Shown here in pieces: positions 1 to 9,500 of a DNA stretch of 64,000 bases. The notes below the pieces were generated by a model that was not told the DNA's origin, made no database searches, and worked only from the letters and a program-made list of their open reading frames with translations. Source of the DNA: an uncultured Solirubrobacterales bacterium. GTDB lineage: Bacteria; Actinomycetota; Thermoleophilia; Solirubrobacterales; Solirubrobacteraceae. The position numbers and the translations under genes were made by a program. Numbering within the stretch: position 1 is the first letter of the stretch; each line of letters begins with the position of its first letter. Location of the stretch: positions 124,295 to 188,294 of the forward strand of contig CAVTGW010000006.1 in NCBI GenBank assembly GCA_963734425.1, written 5' to 3'.

Positions 1-339
1 CGCGACCGCAAAGACCGTCTGCGTGTAGCGCACCGGCCCGTCTGACAGCGTGCTCGACAGCAGCGGCAGGGCAGGATCAGGGAGCGTTCGGGTCGGCTGA
101 TTCCAGCGCACCAGCCGGCGGCCGAAGCGCAGCTCGTACTCCGCCCAGCCGGTGTAGATGTCACCCTCGGGCGTTATCTCGGCGCCGGCGATCATGCCGG
201 GCACCGCAATCTGATCGGTGGGCGCCGCCAGAAAGCCGGTCGTGGGCTCAGCGGTGCTCGCGACCGACGCAGTGGGAGCCAGGGCCACAAGTCCCGCAGC
301 GGTGGCCGCCCAGACAGAGAACCAGCCACGCATCGACAT
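1..339 (-). CDS. Partial secreted protein (N-terminus only; runs off window)
   Basis: Manual translation from ATG 339: MSMRGWFSVWAATAAGLVALAPTASVASTAEP... open to base 1; signal-peptide-like N-terminus; TAGGAT upstream. Confidence 0.6.
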   Translation of the reverse strand, partial: MSMRGWFSVWAATAAGLVALAPTASVASTAEPTTGFLAAPTDQIAVPGMIAGAEITPEGDIYTGWAEYELRFGRRLVRWNQPTRTLPDPALPLLSSTLSDGPVRYTQTVFAVA

Positions 340-443
340 CGCGCATCGGATCCTAGCGGCGGCGAACCGGACGCAAGGCAGGTTCACCTGCGGCGTATGC
401 CGCGAGGCCGGCTCTGGTCCGTAGCGCGGATTATCCTGCCCTG

Positions 444-1583
444 ATGGCGAAGACCACCGCGACGCGAGCAGACGCACTACCGGCCGACTACGGCGCATTC
501 CTTGCCGAGGTCAAGGCGTGCGTAAGCACCGCCCGCACCCGCGCGGTGCTCGCGGCCAACAGCGCGTTGATTGAGCTCTACTGGGAGATCGGCCGGGGCA
601 TCCTCGCGCGAGAGCGGGGCGAGGGCTGGGGCAGCAAGGTCATCGTCCGCCTGGCATCCGATCTCCACCGGGAGTTTCCCGACATGACAGGGCTGTCCGT
701 GCGCAACCTTCGCTACATGCGAGCATTTGCAGACGCGTGGCCCGGCGATGGCCCGGGCGGTTCTCCAATTGTGCAACGGCCCGTTGCACAACTTCCGTGG
801 GGACACAACATTGCGCTGATTGACAAGCTGGACGACATTGACACTCGTCTCTGGTACGCAGCTGAGGCCATCGAGAACGGGTGGTCGCGCAAGGTGCTGG
901 AGGCACAGATCGGGACCGCCCTTCGAGCGCGCCGAGGTGGTGCGCTGACGAGCTTTGACCACGCCCTCCCTGCGCCGGACTCTGAGCTCGTTCGCGACGC
1001 CATCAAGGATCCCTACCACTTCGAGTTCCTCGGCCTGTCCGCTGAGGCGAAGGAGCGCGACCTCGAGCTCGCGCTCCTGAACGACGTGCAGTCCTTCCTG
1101 ATGGAGATGGGACGAGGCTTCGCTCTCGTTGGTCGCCAATTTCCGCTGAAGGTGCATGACACGGAGACCGGCGAGGAGCAGGAGTTCTTCCTCGACCTGC
1201 TCTTCTACAACTATGTGCTGCGCCGGTTCGTGGTCATCGACCTCAAGATCGAGGACTTCAAGCCTGAGTTCGCGGGGAAGATGAACTTTTACCTCAATGC
1301 CGTCGACGAGCTGCAACGCCAGCCAGGCGACGAGCAGTCGATCGGCCTGGTGCTCTGCCCGGGCCGCAACAGGACCGTGACTGAATGGGCATTGCGCGGC
1401 ATCGATACGCCTGTTGCGGTCGCTCGCTACATCACAGGAGACGTCACCCTGACCGAGACAGCGCCCGCCGAGCTCAAGCCGGCCCTGCCTGACCTGCCCG
1501 AGCTGGCCAGCGAGCTGTCGGGGATCGTAAAAGCCGCCGATACGATCTACGACGACGACCCTTCAAGGCTAGGCGGGGGCTGA
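444..1583 (+). CDS. yhcG: YhcG/DUF1016 family PD-(D/E)XK nuclease-domain protein
   Basis: LYWEIG, WGSKVIVRLASDL, LSVRNLRYMRAFA, QLPWGHN, KDPYHFEFL, DLLFYN, IDLK, GKMNFY motifs; TATCCT 6 nt before ATG. Confidence 0.93.
   Translation: MAKTTATRADALPADYGAFLAEVKACVSTARTRAVLAANSALIELYWEIGRGILARERGEGWGSKVIVRLASDLHREFPDMTGLSVRNLRYMRAFADAWPGDGPGGSPIVQRPVAQLPWGHNIALIDKLDDIDTRLWYAAEAIENGWSRKVLEAQIGTALRARRGGALTSFDHALPAPDSELVRDAIKDPYHFEFLGLSAEAKERDLELALLNDVQSFLMEMGRGFALVGRQFPLKVHDTETGEEQEFFLDLLFYNYVLRRFVVIDLKIEDFKPEFAGKMNFYLNAVDELQRQPGDEQSIGLVLCPGRNRTVTEWALRGIDTPVAVARYITGDVTLTETAPAELKPALPDLPELASELSGIVKAADTIYDDDPSRLGGG
769..791. repeat. Perfect 23-bp palindrome inside yhcG (TTGTGCAACGG-C-CCGTTGCACAA)
   Basis: Read directly; encodes (I)VQRPVAQ. 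Confidence 0.95.
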
Positions 1584-1593
1584 CGTAGACGTG

Positions 1594-1622
1594 CATTTGT
1601 GCAATAGGCCGTTGCACAAATG
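1594..1622. repeat. 11-bp inverted repeat CATTTGTGCAA-N7-TTGCACAAATG, second copy of the yhcG internal palindrome
   Basis: Read directly; starts 11 nt after the yhcG stop. Confidence 0.95.
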
Positions 1623-1763
1623 ATGTTTCGCACAACCTAGTGCCAAGATCCTTTCGAGTGGCGAAGGAGGGTCTGCTCGCGCTGAGCGTTGGCGTCGGGC
1701 TCGGCGTGCTCGCCCTCGCAGTCGAGCGCGAGTGCCGGACGGTATAGGATTGGCGGTCAAGCG

Positions 1764-2657
1764 ATGGAAAAGGCGCACCAGGACCTGGAGTTGCGTGCTC
1801 GCGAGAGCTCCAGTGCCAAAACGCCCTACATCGTTGTCGACGTCTTCACCAACCTGCCGCTCGAGGGCAATCAGCTCGCGGTGTTTCCCGATGCACTCGA
1901 TCTCTCCTCGGAGCAGATGCAGCGGCTGGCGCGCGAGATGAACTTCTCCGAGACCATCTTTGTCCTCCCCGCCGAGGGCGGTGGCGATGCGCGGGTGCGG
2001 ATCTTCACTGTCCGCCACGAGCTGCCCTTCGCCGGGCACCCGGTGCTGGGCTGCGCATTCGTACTGGGCGAGCTGCGTAACCAGGAGACGGTAGCACTCG
2101 AGACAGGGCTCGGATTGATTCCGGTCAAGCTGGAGCGCAAGAACGGTCGGATCGTCGCCGGGCGCATGCAGCAGGCCGTTCCGAGCTGGAGTCCCTACGA
2201 GCGGGAGCGAGAGCTTCTTAGGGCGCTGGGTATTGAGCGTTCCGGCCTTCCGGTCGAGGCCTACCAGAACGGCCCGTTCCACATCTTCGTCGAGCTTGAG
2301 AACGAGGAGACCGTTGCTTCACTTGCGCCGAACTTTGCAGCGCTCGCTGCCCTCGGCGATATTGCCGCAAACTGCTTCGCTGGCGCAGGTAAGACATGGA
2401 AGACGCGCATGTTCGCTCCCGGTGGTGGGGTCTTCGAGGACCCCGCGACAGGGTCGGCGGCGGGGCCGCTCGCGATCCATCTCGCCCGCCACGGACGAAT
2501 CTCTTTCGGTGAGCAGATCGAGATCCACCAGGGCGCCGAGATCGGACGTCCCTCCCTCCTTAACGCCCGCGTCGAGGGATCGGCACAGGAGGTCAAGCGG
2601 GTGGAGGTTGGCGGCTCCGCGGTGATCGTCGCGAGCGGGGAGTTCCGAGTCTTCTGA
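1764..2657 (+). CDS. PhzF family isomerase/epimerase
   Basis: VDVFT..LEGNQLAV, EMNFSETIF, ELPFAGHP, EDPATGSAAG motifs. Confidence 0.92.
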   Translation: MEKAHQDLELRARESSSAKTPYIVVDVFTNLPLEGNQLAVFPDALDLSSEQMQRLAREMNFSETIFVLPAEGGGDARVRIFTVRHELPFAGHPVLGCAFVLGELRNQETVALETGLGLIPVKLERKNGRIVAGRMQQAVPSWSPYERERELLRALGIERSGLPVEAYQNGPFHIFVELENEETVASLAPNFAALAALGDIAANCFAGAGKTWKTRMFAPGGGVFEDPATGSAAGPLAIHLARHGRISFGEQIEIHQGAEIGRPSLLNARVEGSAQEVKRVEVGGSAVIVASGEFRVF

Positions 2658-2788
2658 GGTGGACCGGCCGTCGCGGGCGGCGGTCCTCTTCGATCATCGT
2701 GATGACTCACCGGGTCGCTGCTCAGGGTTGGGCTTCCAGGCGCAGCGAACGACGACTGTCACTCGGCGATCCGCGGGCTGGTATCGCA

Positions 2789-3130
2789 TCACAGCTCTAG
2801 CAGGAAGCGCAGCACGCGGGCGATCTCGAAGGAAACCTCCTCACCAGCCGAGCCCAGCCGGGCGATGAGCCGGCGCTCTGAGACGGACTTGATGTCCTCA
2901 CACTTTGCGTAGCAGACCTCATCGAGGCCCGAGATGTGAGGGTCGATCTCCACATGAGAAGGCAGACCTCGATGAGCAGTCGTGATGGGCACCACGATCA
3001 CGACGCCGGCGGGACCTTCGTTCAAGAGATCTGCAGAGACCACGACCGCGGGCCGCCTGCCTGACTGCTCTCGGCCAACGGGGTCGCCAAAATCGACCAG
3101 CCACAGCTCCCCAAAGTGGGCGCCGCTCAC
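2789..3130 (-). CDS. Type II toxin, PemK/MazF family endoribonuclease
   Basis: GELWLVDFGDPVGREQSGRRPAVVVS, VVPITT; GTG at 3130 overlaps the antitoxin TGA. Confidence 0.92.
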   Translation of the reverse strand: MSGAHFGELWLVDFGDPVGREQSGRRPAVVVSADLLNEGPAGVVIVVPITTAHRGLPSHVEIDPHISGLDEVCYAKCEDIKSVSERRLIARLGSAGEEVSFEIARVLRFLLEL

Positions 3131-3369
3131 GAGGAGTGATCGTGCAGCGCAGCTCCCTCGGCCATCCGTTCTGCCTCGATCGCGCGCCACGTGTCTGGGT
3201 TGGCACGCAGCTCTTGATAGCGGGCAGAGAGCTGGTCGAAGAAGAAGCGCCTCTCCAGCGCGTCGGCGGCCTCCTCGAGCAACCGGCTCATGGGCCGGCC
3301 GGTCGCCTTTGCCAGCTTCGCAAAGCGGTCTCGGGTTGGCTGACTCACCCTGATAGTCGTCGTGCTCAC
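3127..3369 (-). CDS. Cognate antitoxin (ribbon-helix-helix-like N-terminus)
   Basis: 80 aa STTTIRVSQPTRDRFAKLAKATGRPMS; directly upstream of and coupled to the toxin. Confidence 0.8.
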   Translation of the reverse strand: MSTTTIRVSQPTRDRFAKLAKATGRPMSRLLEEAADALERRFFFDQLSARYQELRANPDTWRAIEAERMAEGAALHDHSS

Positions 3370-3376
3370 CCTTAGA

Positions 3377-3393
3377 AGTCTACCATCTAGGCT
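3377..3393 (-). promoter_or_regulatory. -10 (TAGACT) within imperfect palindrome AGTCTA-N5-TAGGCT; probable TA operator
   Basis: 7 nt upstream of the antitoxin GTG; one mismatch in the arms. Confidence 0.45.
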
Positions 3394-3584
3394 ACTGATA
3401 TGTCTACAGCCGCGCCGGCCTATCGCGCACTATGGGTCCCAGTCTTGAGCCTCCTTGGTGGGAGACTATGACGCCCACGCCCGCACGCCGGTCTGGGTGA
3501 CCGGCCGCCGCGCGGGCTGAGCGAGACGAAGCGCGCAGGCACAACACCAGACGTAAGGCCAGGCGCCATCAGGCGCCATTGATG

Positions 3585-6500
3585 TCACTTCTTCTTGGCT
3601 TTTTTGGCCTTGGCGCCGTGCTTCTTGCCTTTCTTGTTTTTCCCCTTCTTGTCCTGCTTTTTCTCGTGCTTCTTGGTGGCCGTTTTGCCCTTGGGGCAGC
3701 CAGTGACGGTGATCTTGGTGGTTTGGTTGATTTCGGCGCCGTTCTGGGCGACGATCTGGGTCGGCAGCTGCAGGTTTGTCTTGCAGAGGCTGCCGACGGA
3801 GGTGAGGGCGGAGTAGGGACCCTCGGGCAGGGTCAGTTCGAAGCTGGAGAAGGGTTGGTCGGGAACAGCGGCGAAGGTCGTCGAGGTGACGCCCGCTTTG
3901 GAGATGAACGTTTCGCCGTGCAGGTCGATCGTGAACCCGTAGCCCTGCAGCACGATGATCAGTTCTGGGAACTTGGCGGTACCGTTTGAGACGAAGTAGG
4001 CCGGTCCCTGCAGAGGTTCTGGCAGGATCGGCGTGGCCACGTAGGCGTGGCCGATCAGCGAGGGGCCGGGGCAGCCTGCGGGATTGGCCGCGAACGTGGA
4101 TGCCTTGCACGCCTTCTGCAGCGTTGTCAGGCGCGAGGGCAGTTGCTTTGGCAGTTCGACCTTGACCGACGCGATGTCGGCCTGGGTGCCCTGCGGCGCG
4201 TTTGGATAGGTCACGCTGGCGGTGAGGCTCGCGCCGTTGGCACCCGAAGTCTTGGCCTGGGTGGAGACCGCGAGCCCCGGTTTGAACTGCAGGCTCGAGC
4301 AGTCCGCGGCCTCGAAATGCGTGCTCACGCCGACTGTTTCCTGGTCCGCGGGCACCGCGGGGTTCGCGCCAGCGCCTGTGATCGTGTTGGTGATATTCAT
4401 CGCATCGCAGTTGGTGGGATTGAGGATGAAGTCCGGTCTGGTGATGTAGACGCGAATGTCTTTGACGTGCACGACGATCCCGTCGATGATGTGCGGGATG
4501 GGGTCAGACCCGTTGGAGTCGATTTCGACTTGTGCGGTGATGGGGTTGATTCGCAGGGCGAAGCGAATCACGACTGTCCCGAGGTCAAAGGGGCCGACCG
4601 TCGCGCTCGTAATCGAGACGATCGATAGTGCCGCGCCGTGATAGGGGCCGGCGAGGTAGACTTTTCCTGGTGTCTGTGCAAGGACGGTGCCGACGCCTGC
4701 GCCGACGATTGTGTGTCCGATTTCGCTTGCCGCGGGACATGATGGGTCGTTGATCTCTTGTGCTCCCGTGGCGTTACGCGCCGCTTCGATCTGTGCTTCT
4801 GAGCAAAAGGGGATTCCGGAAAGGTTCCCGCTCAGGCCTGGCGGCAGGATTGTCGTGAATTTGGTGAGCTCCTGTTCGCCGTCTTCGCGGATGATCCGCA
4901 GATAGAAAGGGCTATAGGAGCCCGCGTCGTTGTTTTGGGTTCCGGAGATGACTTGTGGTTTGAATGGTGGGACACCGCCGGAGGGACAGGCTCCTTCGCG
5001 GACACCCTCGGTGACCTGGAAGGGTTCGCTGCTGAGCGACAGTGGTTCGCTGGGTGCCGACCATGGCGTCAATGCCGCGGCAGCCGCGTAGGCACCGCAG
5101 GTCGCGGGACTCACGAGTGGTGCCGTAGAGCCGGGCCGGAACTTCAACACGAATTTGCTGAAAGGCTGCTGAGGGGTGTTGTCGAATGTCGTTGTGAGCT
5201 GCCCGGTGATGGGATTCGGTTCGATCTTTCCCGGGACTTTGACGATAATCCCGCGGTCCGGCACCTTCGCCACGATGTACAAGCTCAACAGCGCATTGAA
5301 CGGATTATCGTAGGGCGTGGCGACGTATACCGCTCCTTCGATTTTCTCGTTGAGAATCGGCGTTTCTATTTGTATCGAGCCGATCTTCGATTCCGGCGGA
5401 CATCCTTCTCCTGGTAGCGACTCCGCTGTTTCCGCTTCGTATTGGGCCGGGCTGCACGCGCCGAGCCCTGACCCGGCGGACGGGTTGATCGTCATACCTT
5501 CCGGTAGCGTAACTGTCGTATCCCTCAGGTTAGCTGTCGCTACGGAGAACGGGTTTTCCCAGCTCTGCGGCACATTCAGGGATACTGTCAATCCTGTCGG
5601 CGATTCCGCGGAACGCGTCGACGGTTGCGCTTCGATTGTTGGATCGAATGGTACGCGTTCGCATTCGCCGATCGGACCGACCACCGTGGATTGCCTAGAC
5701 CATTTTTCTGGTTCCTCCCACGAGTCTGCTTCCATCGTGGCGGTGAACGATTCGCAACTGGTGGGGTCTGAAAGGAATGGCTTGACTGGGATGTGGGCTT
5801 CCTGGGGACCTCCGTACAGGTTCTTGCATAATGCCGGGACTTCGAACTCCTCGCCGCATGTTTCGCCGCGTTGTGCGTCGTGTTCGTGGGCGGCGGGATC
5901 GCCCCACACGATCACCTTGATGTTGCGGATTTCTCGTTGCGGGATGTTAGGTGTTGTCACCGTCAAGCCGGAATCGCCGGGGCGCACGCTCACATCCAGC
6001 AGCTGCGTGATGATCACGGTCTTGAACCCCAATTGCGCCGCGACACCAAAACTGGAGGTTTCCATGTTGTACACCGGTGCGGTGATCTGCCCCGGTGGCG
6101 CTCCAGGACGGATGTTGCTTACTTCGAAGCTCACCTGCCCCACCTGGCTCGCAATCGGGCATGCCGGCAGCTGAGAAATACCTTGCGCATGGCTCAAAAG
6201 CTGCGCCGGTGTACACGTCGGGACGGCAGTGCTGCTGGCCACGAACCCGGCTGGCAGGTTCACCACGATCGTCCGCACATCGTTGTGTGTTTCCCCATTT
6301 GGCTGGTGGGCAAAATCGAACGATGTCGTGAGATTCTCGTGGAAGCCCGCCTGCACGCTCGAAGGCGTGACCTGAAAGCTCCCGGGTACGATTTCAAAGG
6401 GTTCGCTGCTCGGCACCGCAAGTGCGCGCGGCGCGAAGGTGCCCGCCACCAGCAGGCCGACGAGGAGGGCCCCGGAAGGGACGATCCCAAGCCGCCTCAT
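3585..6500 (-). CDS. Secreted 971-aa protein with four ~220-aa Cys-containing repeats and Lys-rich C-tail
   Basis: Signal peptide; CPIASQVG/CPPESKIG/CPAASEIG/CPGPSLIG repeats; tail KKHEKKQDKKGKNKKGKKHGAKAKKAKKK. Confidence 0.8.
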   Translation of the reverse strand: MRRLGIVPSGALLVGLLVAGTFAPRALAVPSSEPFEIVPGSFQVTPSSVQAGFHENLTTSFDFAHQPNGETHNDVRTIVVNLPAGFVASSTAVPTCTPAQLLSHAQGISQLPACPIASQVGQVSFEVSNIRPGAPPGQITAPVYNMETSSFGVAAQLGFKTVIITQLLDVSVRPGDSGLTVTTPNIPQREIRNIKVIVWGDPAAHEHDAQRGETCGEEFEVPALCKNLYGGPQEAHIPVKPFLSDPTSCESFTATMEADSWEEPEKWSRQSTVVGPIGECERVPFDPTIEAQPSTRSAESPTGLTVSLNVPQSWENPFSVATANLRDTTVTLPEGMTINPSAGSGLGACSPAQYEAETAESLPGEGCPPESKIGSIQIETPILNEKIEGAVYVATPYDNPFNALLSLYIVAKVPDRGIIVKVPGKIEPNPITGQLTTTFDNTPQQPFSKFVLKFRPGSTAPLVSPATCGAYAAAAALTPWSAPSEPLSLSSEPFQVTEGVREGACPSGGVPPFKPQVISGTQNNDAGSYSPFYLRIIREDGEQELTKFTTILPPGLSGNLSGIPFCSEAQIEAARNATGAQEINDPSCPAASEIGHTIVGAGVGTVLAQTPGKVYLAGPYHGAALSIVSITSATVGPFDLGTVVIRFALRINPITAQVEIDSNGSDPIPHIIDGIVVHVKDIRVYITRPDFILNPTNCDAMNITNTITGAGANPAVPADQETVGVSTHFEAADCSSLQFKPGLAVSTQAKTSGANGASLTASVTYPNAPQGTQADIASVKVELPKQLPSRLTTLQKACKASTFAANPAGCPGPSLIGHAYVATPILPEPLQGPAYFVSNGTAKFPELIIVLQGYGFTIDLHGETFISKAGVTSTTFAAVPDQPFSSFELTLPEGPYSALTSVGSLCKTNLQLPTQIVAQNGAEINQTTKITVTGCPKGKTATKKHEKKQDKKGKNKKGKKHGAKAKKAKKK

Positions 6501-9500
6501 TTCATCCTCCTAGAATGCTCCCGAGCCTTATCGCTGCGCCCAGGTAAGCGTCTCGCCCTCTTGCGCTTCGCGCCCTTACGCTTTTTCTTATTCGCGTGCT
6601 TCTTCTTCGGTTTGTGTTCCTTTGGCGTCATGCCAGGTTTACTCGGGGGTGCGCTGATCATGTTACCGACGCCGTTGAACGTCGCGCTCGCAGGTGTTGT
6701 GTCGTTCGGTGCGCTGGCCGGTGTCGAGCACGCATCGCCTTCGCATTCCACCGGGCGCGGTGGCGGGCCGGGAAGCCCGCCACCGATGCGCGCATCGTAG
6801 ATATCGCCCGCCGTATCTTTATCCTGCGCCACCAGCTGCGAGCTGGTGTAGAAGAACACGTCACGACCTTCTTCGGCGGAGCCCAGCAGGATGGTCAAAT
6901 ATCCTCCCCGGCCAGAGCTGATTAACGCCAGGCAGCCCTGAACATGGGCGCAGCCATCGGTCCCATCACGACGCCATTCATAAACATCGCTTGACGGCGA
7001 CCAATTTTCCAGGTTCGTGCTGTCTTCAGCGCTCAATATGCGGTTGGGCGGTACTTCGCCGTCGACATCGGCCGCAACGAGTGCCGCCGGTGTTTCAAAG
7101 AACGCGCGCGAACCGTCACCGGAGACAAACACGTCGGCCGGCCGCCCCAGATCCCGGAATATCAAGGTGCTGCCAAAAGAGGCCGTCAACTTCGGTTCGG
7201 AATCAAACGGTGAGGCGCATGAAATGCACTCCACGGTGTGTTCGACACTGTCATAGCGATATATCTGCCACGTCGGCTCTTCGCCGGCGGCCTTACTTGA
7301 GCTCCAACCCCCAGCGGGCGCGATCGCGCCACCGGGGACACCCCCGACCACTTTCGAGGAAAAATAGAAGTAGCGCCCATCGGGGCTGACTTGGGGGTCG
7401 AACCCATCTTCGTCATCCGCTTGATCGACGAAGCTGAGGGTTTTGCTCTGAATGTCGTAGCGGTAAATGTCGAGCGCGTTGCTGACACCGCGAAAGCCAA
7501 CTTCGCTGGAGGGAGCGGGCGCTTCTGTGCCGGGCAGCGGTTCGTCCAAAGCGAAGTAGAACGCGTCGAAATTCCTGGAGAGAAAAACCCCGCCCCCTAC
7601 TCGCGCATGCGTGGAAAACAGCAGTTCGGGCGCCGACCCGATTTCCTCCACGAAGAATTCATTGCTGTCACCCGTGGTCTTTTCGACCAGCAGCCTCGAT
7701 CCATCCGAGCTCGCCCCCACAAAAGTGTAGGGTCCGATATCGACGGTCTTCTCCCCACCTTCGCGCACGTATAATTGCGATGGTTCTGAGCAGTCCGAAC
7801 CAGGAACCTCTTCGAAGAACACACGTGAGCCATCAGCCGAGACTGAATTCCAGCTTCCGCCGCTCGCCTGCGCACTGCTGCCATTGCCTTCGACGATGTG
7901 GGCGCCGCAGCTGCCGAGCTTTTTGCCTTCGCTGTTCACGTTGACCTGGCGAAGGGCTCCACCCGAATATTCATACAGGTCGCTGCCATTTACTGTACCC
8001 GTTGGCGACCCGAGCAGGCTGTGATCGGATGTTTGGAGGATCAACGTCGAGAAGTCCGCCGAAGCGCCCACCAGATCGCCTTCGAGCTGGCGAGGGACCG
8101 ACACGATCGTGGTGTACGGGCCACCGGGTGGACCCGTCTTCAACGCCACATCCTTCGACTCGTTGCTGGCGGATGTCTCAATGCCGCTTACAAACGCGAC
8201 CTGCGTGAGGTCGGGGCTGAAGACCATCGGTGACATCTCGCTGACACCGGCTTCCGGCTGAGCCGAACCGGCCGTCACCTGCCAGCCATTCTGCGGGTCG
8301 CGCGACAAGAAATACGGGCTCTGGCCAGAGTTAGCACTCAAGCCCCACGTCACGGCTGGGTTTTCAACCATCACGTGGTCGCCGTCTTCTCCGACCAACG
8401 CCCTCGGAATGGGTTCATTCCCGTAATCAAATAGTTCCTGGGCGCCTTCCTTTTCGACCGGGGTCACCTGCTCATAAGCACGACAGGCGGGCAGGCTCGC
8501 CGACGGGCCCGTGCGAAAAGCTTCATTGGGACACGTCGCCGGTGATTCCACAGCGGACGCCGCGGGAACCGTCAGTGTCTGTTCGGCACCATGTTCGACG
8601 GGATTGCCGGGGAATGTGCTCGCCGCGACGATCCGATAATGATACGTTTCCCCAGGGGTAACACCGGCAAGATCCGCGCCCGCGAACTTCGCCGCGACTC
8701 CCGCGCCGACATCGACTTCAGGAGTCAAAACAGCCTTCGCGAAACCACCTTCGCTACCCGGCCTTTCAAACTGAGCCTGCGAAACATATTCAAAATGATA
8801 ACGAGCATCGTATCCTTCGCCACCTTGCTGAAGCACGGCAACGGCAACCGAGCCCGACGGCGTCAGGCCCGAAGCATTGGCCACGATCAATGGCTCGCTC
8901 ACTTCACCGCCATTGCCGCGATTGAAGTCCACGTTGTACGGGCCTCCAGGAACACCGTTAACGGACACTTCTTCACTGGGGAGCGCCGCGAGCGCATTCA
9001 ACGCCCCTTCCAGACCGTTCGTCCCTTGCGCCGGAGCGTCAAATGCTATCGGAGCAGTGGTTTTTCCCTTGAATGTCAGGGTGAACGTGCCACCGGTCGG
9101 AGCGCCTTCGATCGAGATCTCCTGTTCCTCGCTGGTGAGTGCGCTGTTTGGATTTACCGCGCCGAGAACACGCACCGATTCCCCGTGCAAAGCGTGGGTC
9201 ACAAACGTACTGGCCGTCGGCGGCCCCTCGGTCTGGAAGCTTTCTGGCTTCCCGGTGTAGTCCCCGGCTGAGCTCGAGGCGAACAGCCTCACATAATACC
9301 TGCTCGCAGGTTGCAAACCCGTTACACGGCCGCCCACGCTGGGACCTTGTTCTATGGGTAGAGCTTCAGCCTGCGCCTGCGAGAACGTACCTTCAGCGCC
9401 TGCCACGGGCAGCCAGGGACCAGCTTCCGAAGTCGCGTCTTCAAAACGCCAATGCGTTTCGAGATGATGAGGCGAAACGTTCGCAACGAAAGCAGCCGTT

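Noticed and set aside
3561-3580. AGGCGCCAT(C/T) x2 after the 971-aa gene
   Set aside because: Only 10-nt units; no supporting structure.
7393-7405. 13-nt match (GGGGGTCGAACCC) to the tRNA-Gly T arm as a possible att site
   Set aside because: Short, inside an intact CDS (encodes GFDP), excludes the tRNA 3' end; chance match is plausible.
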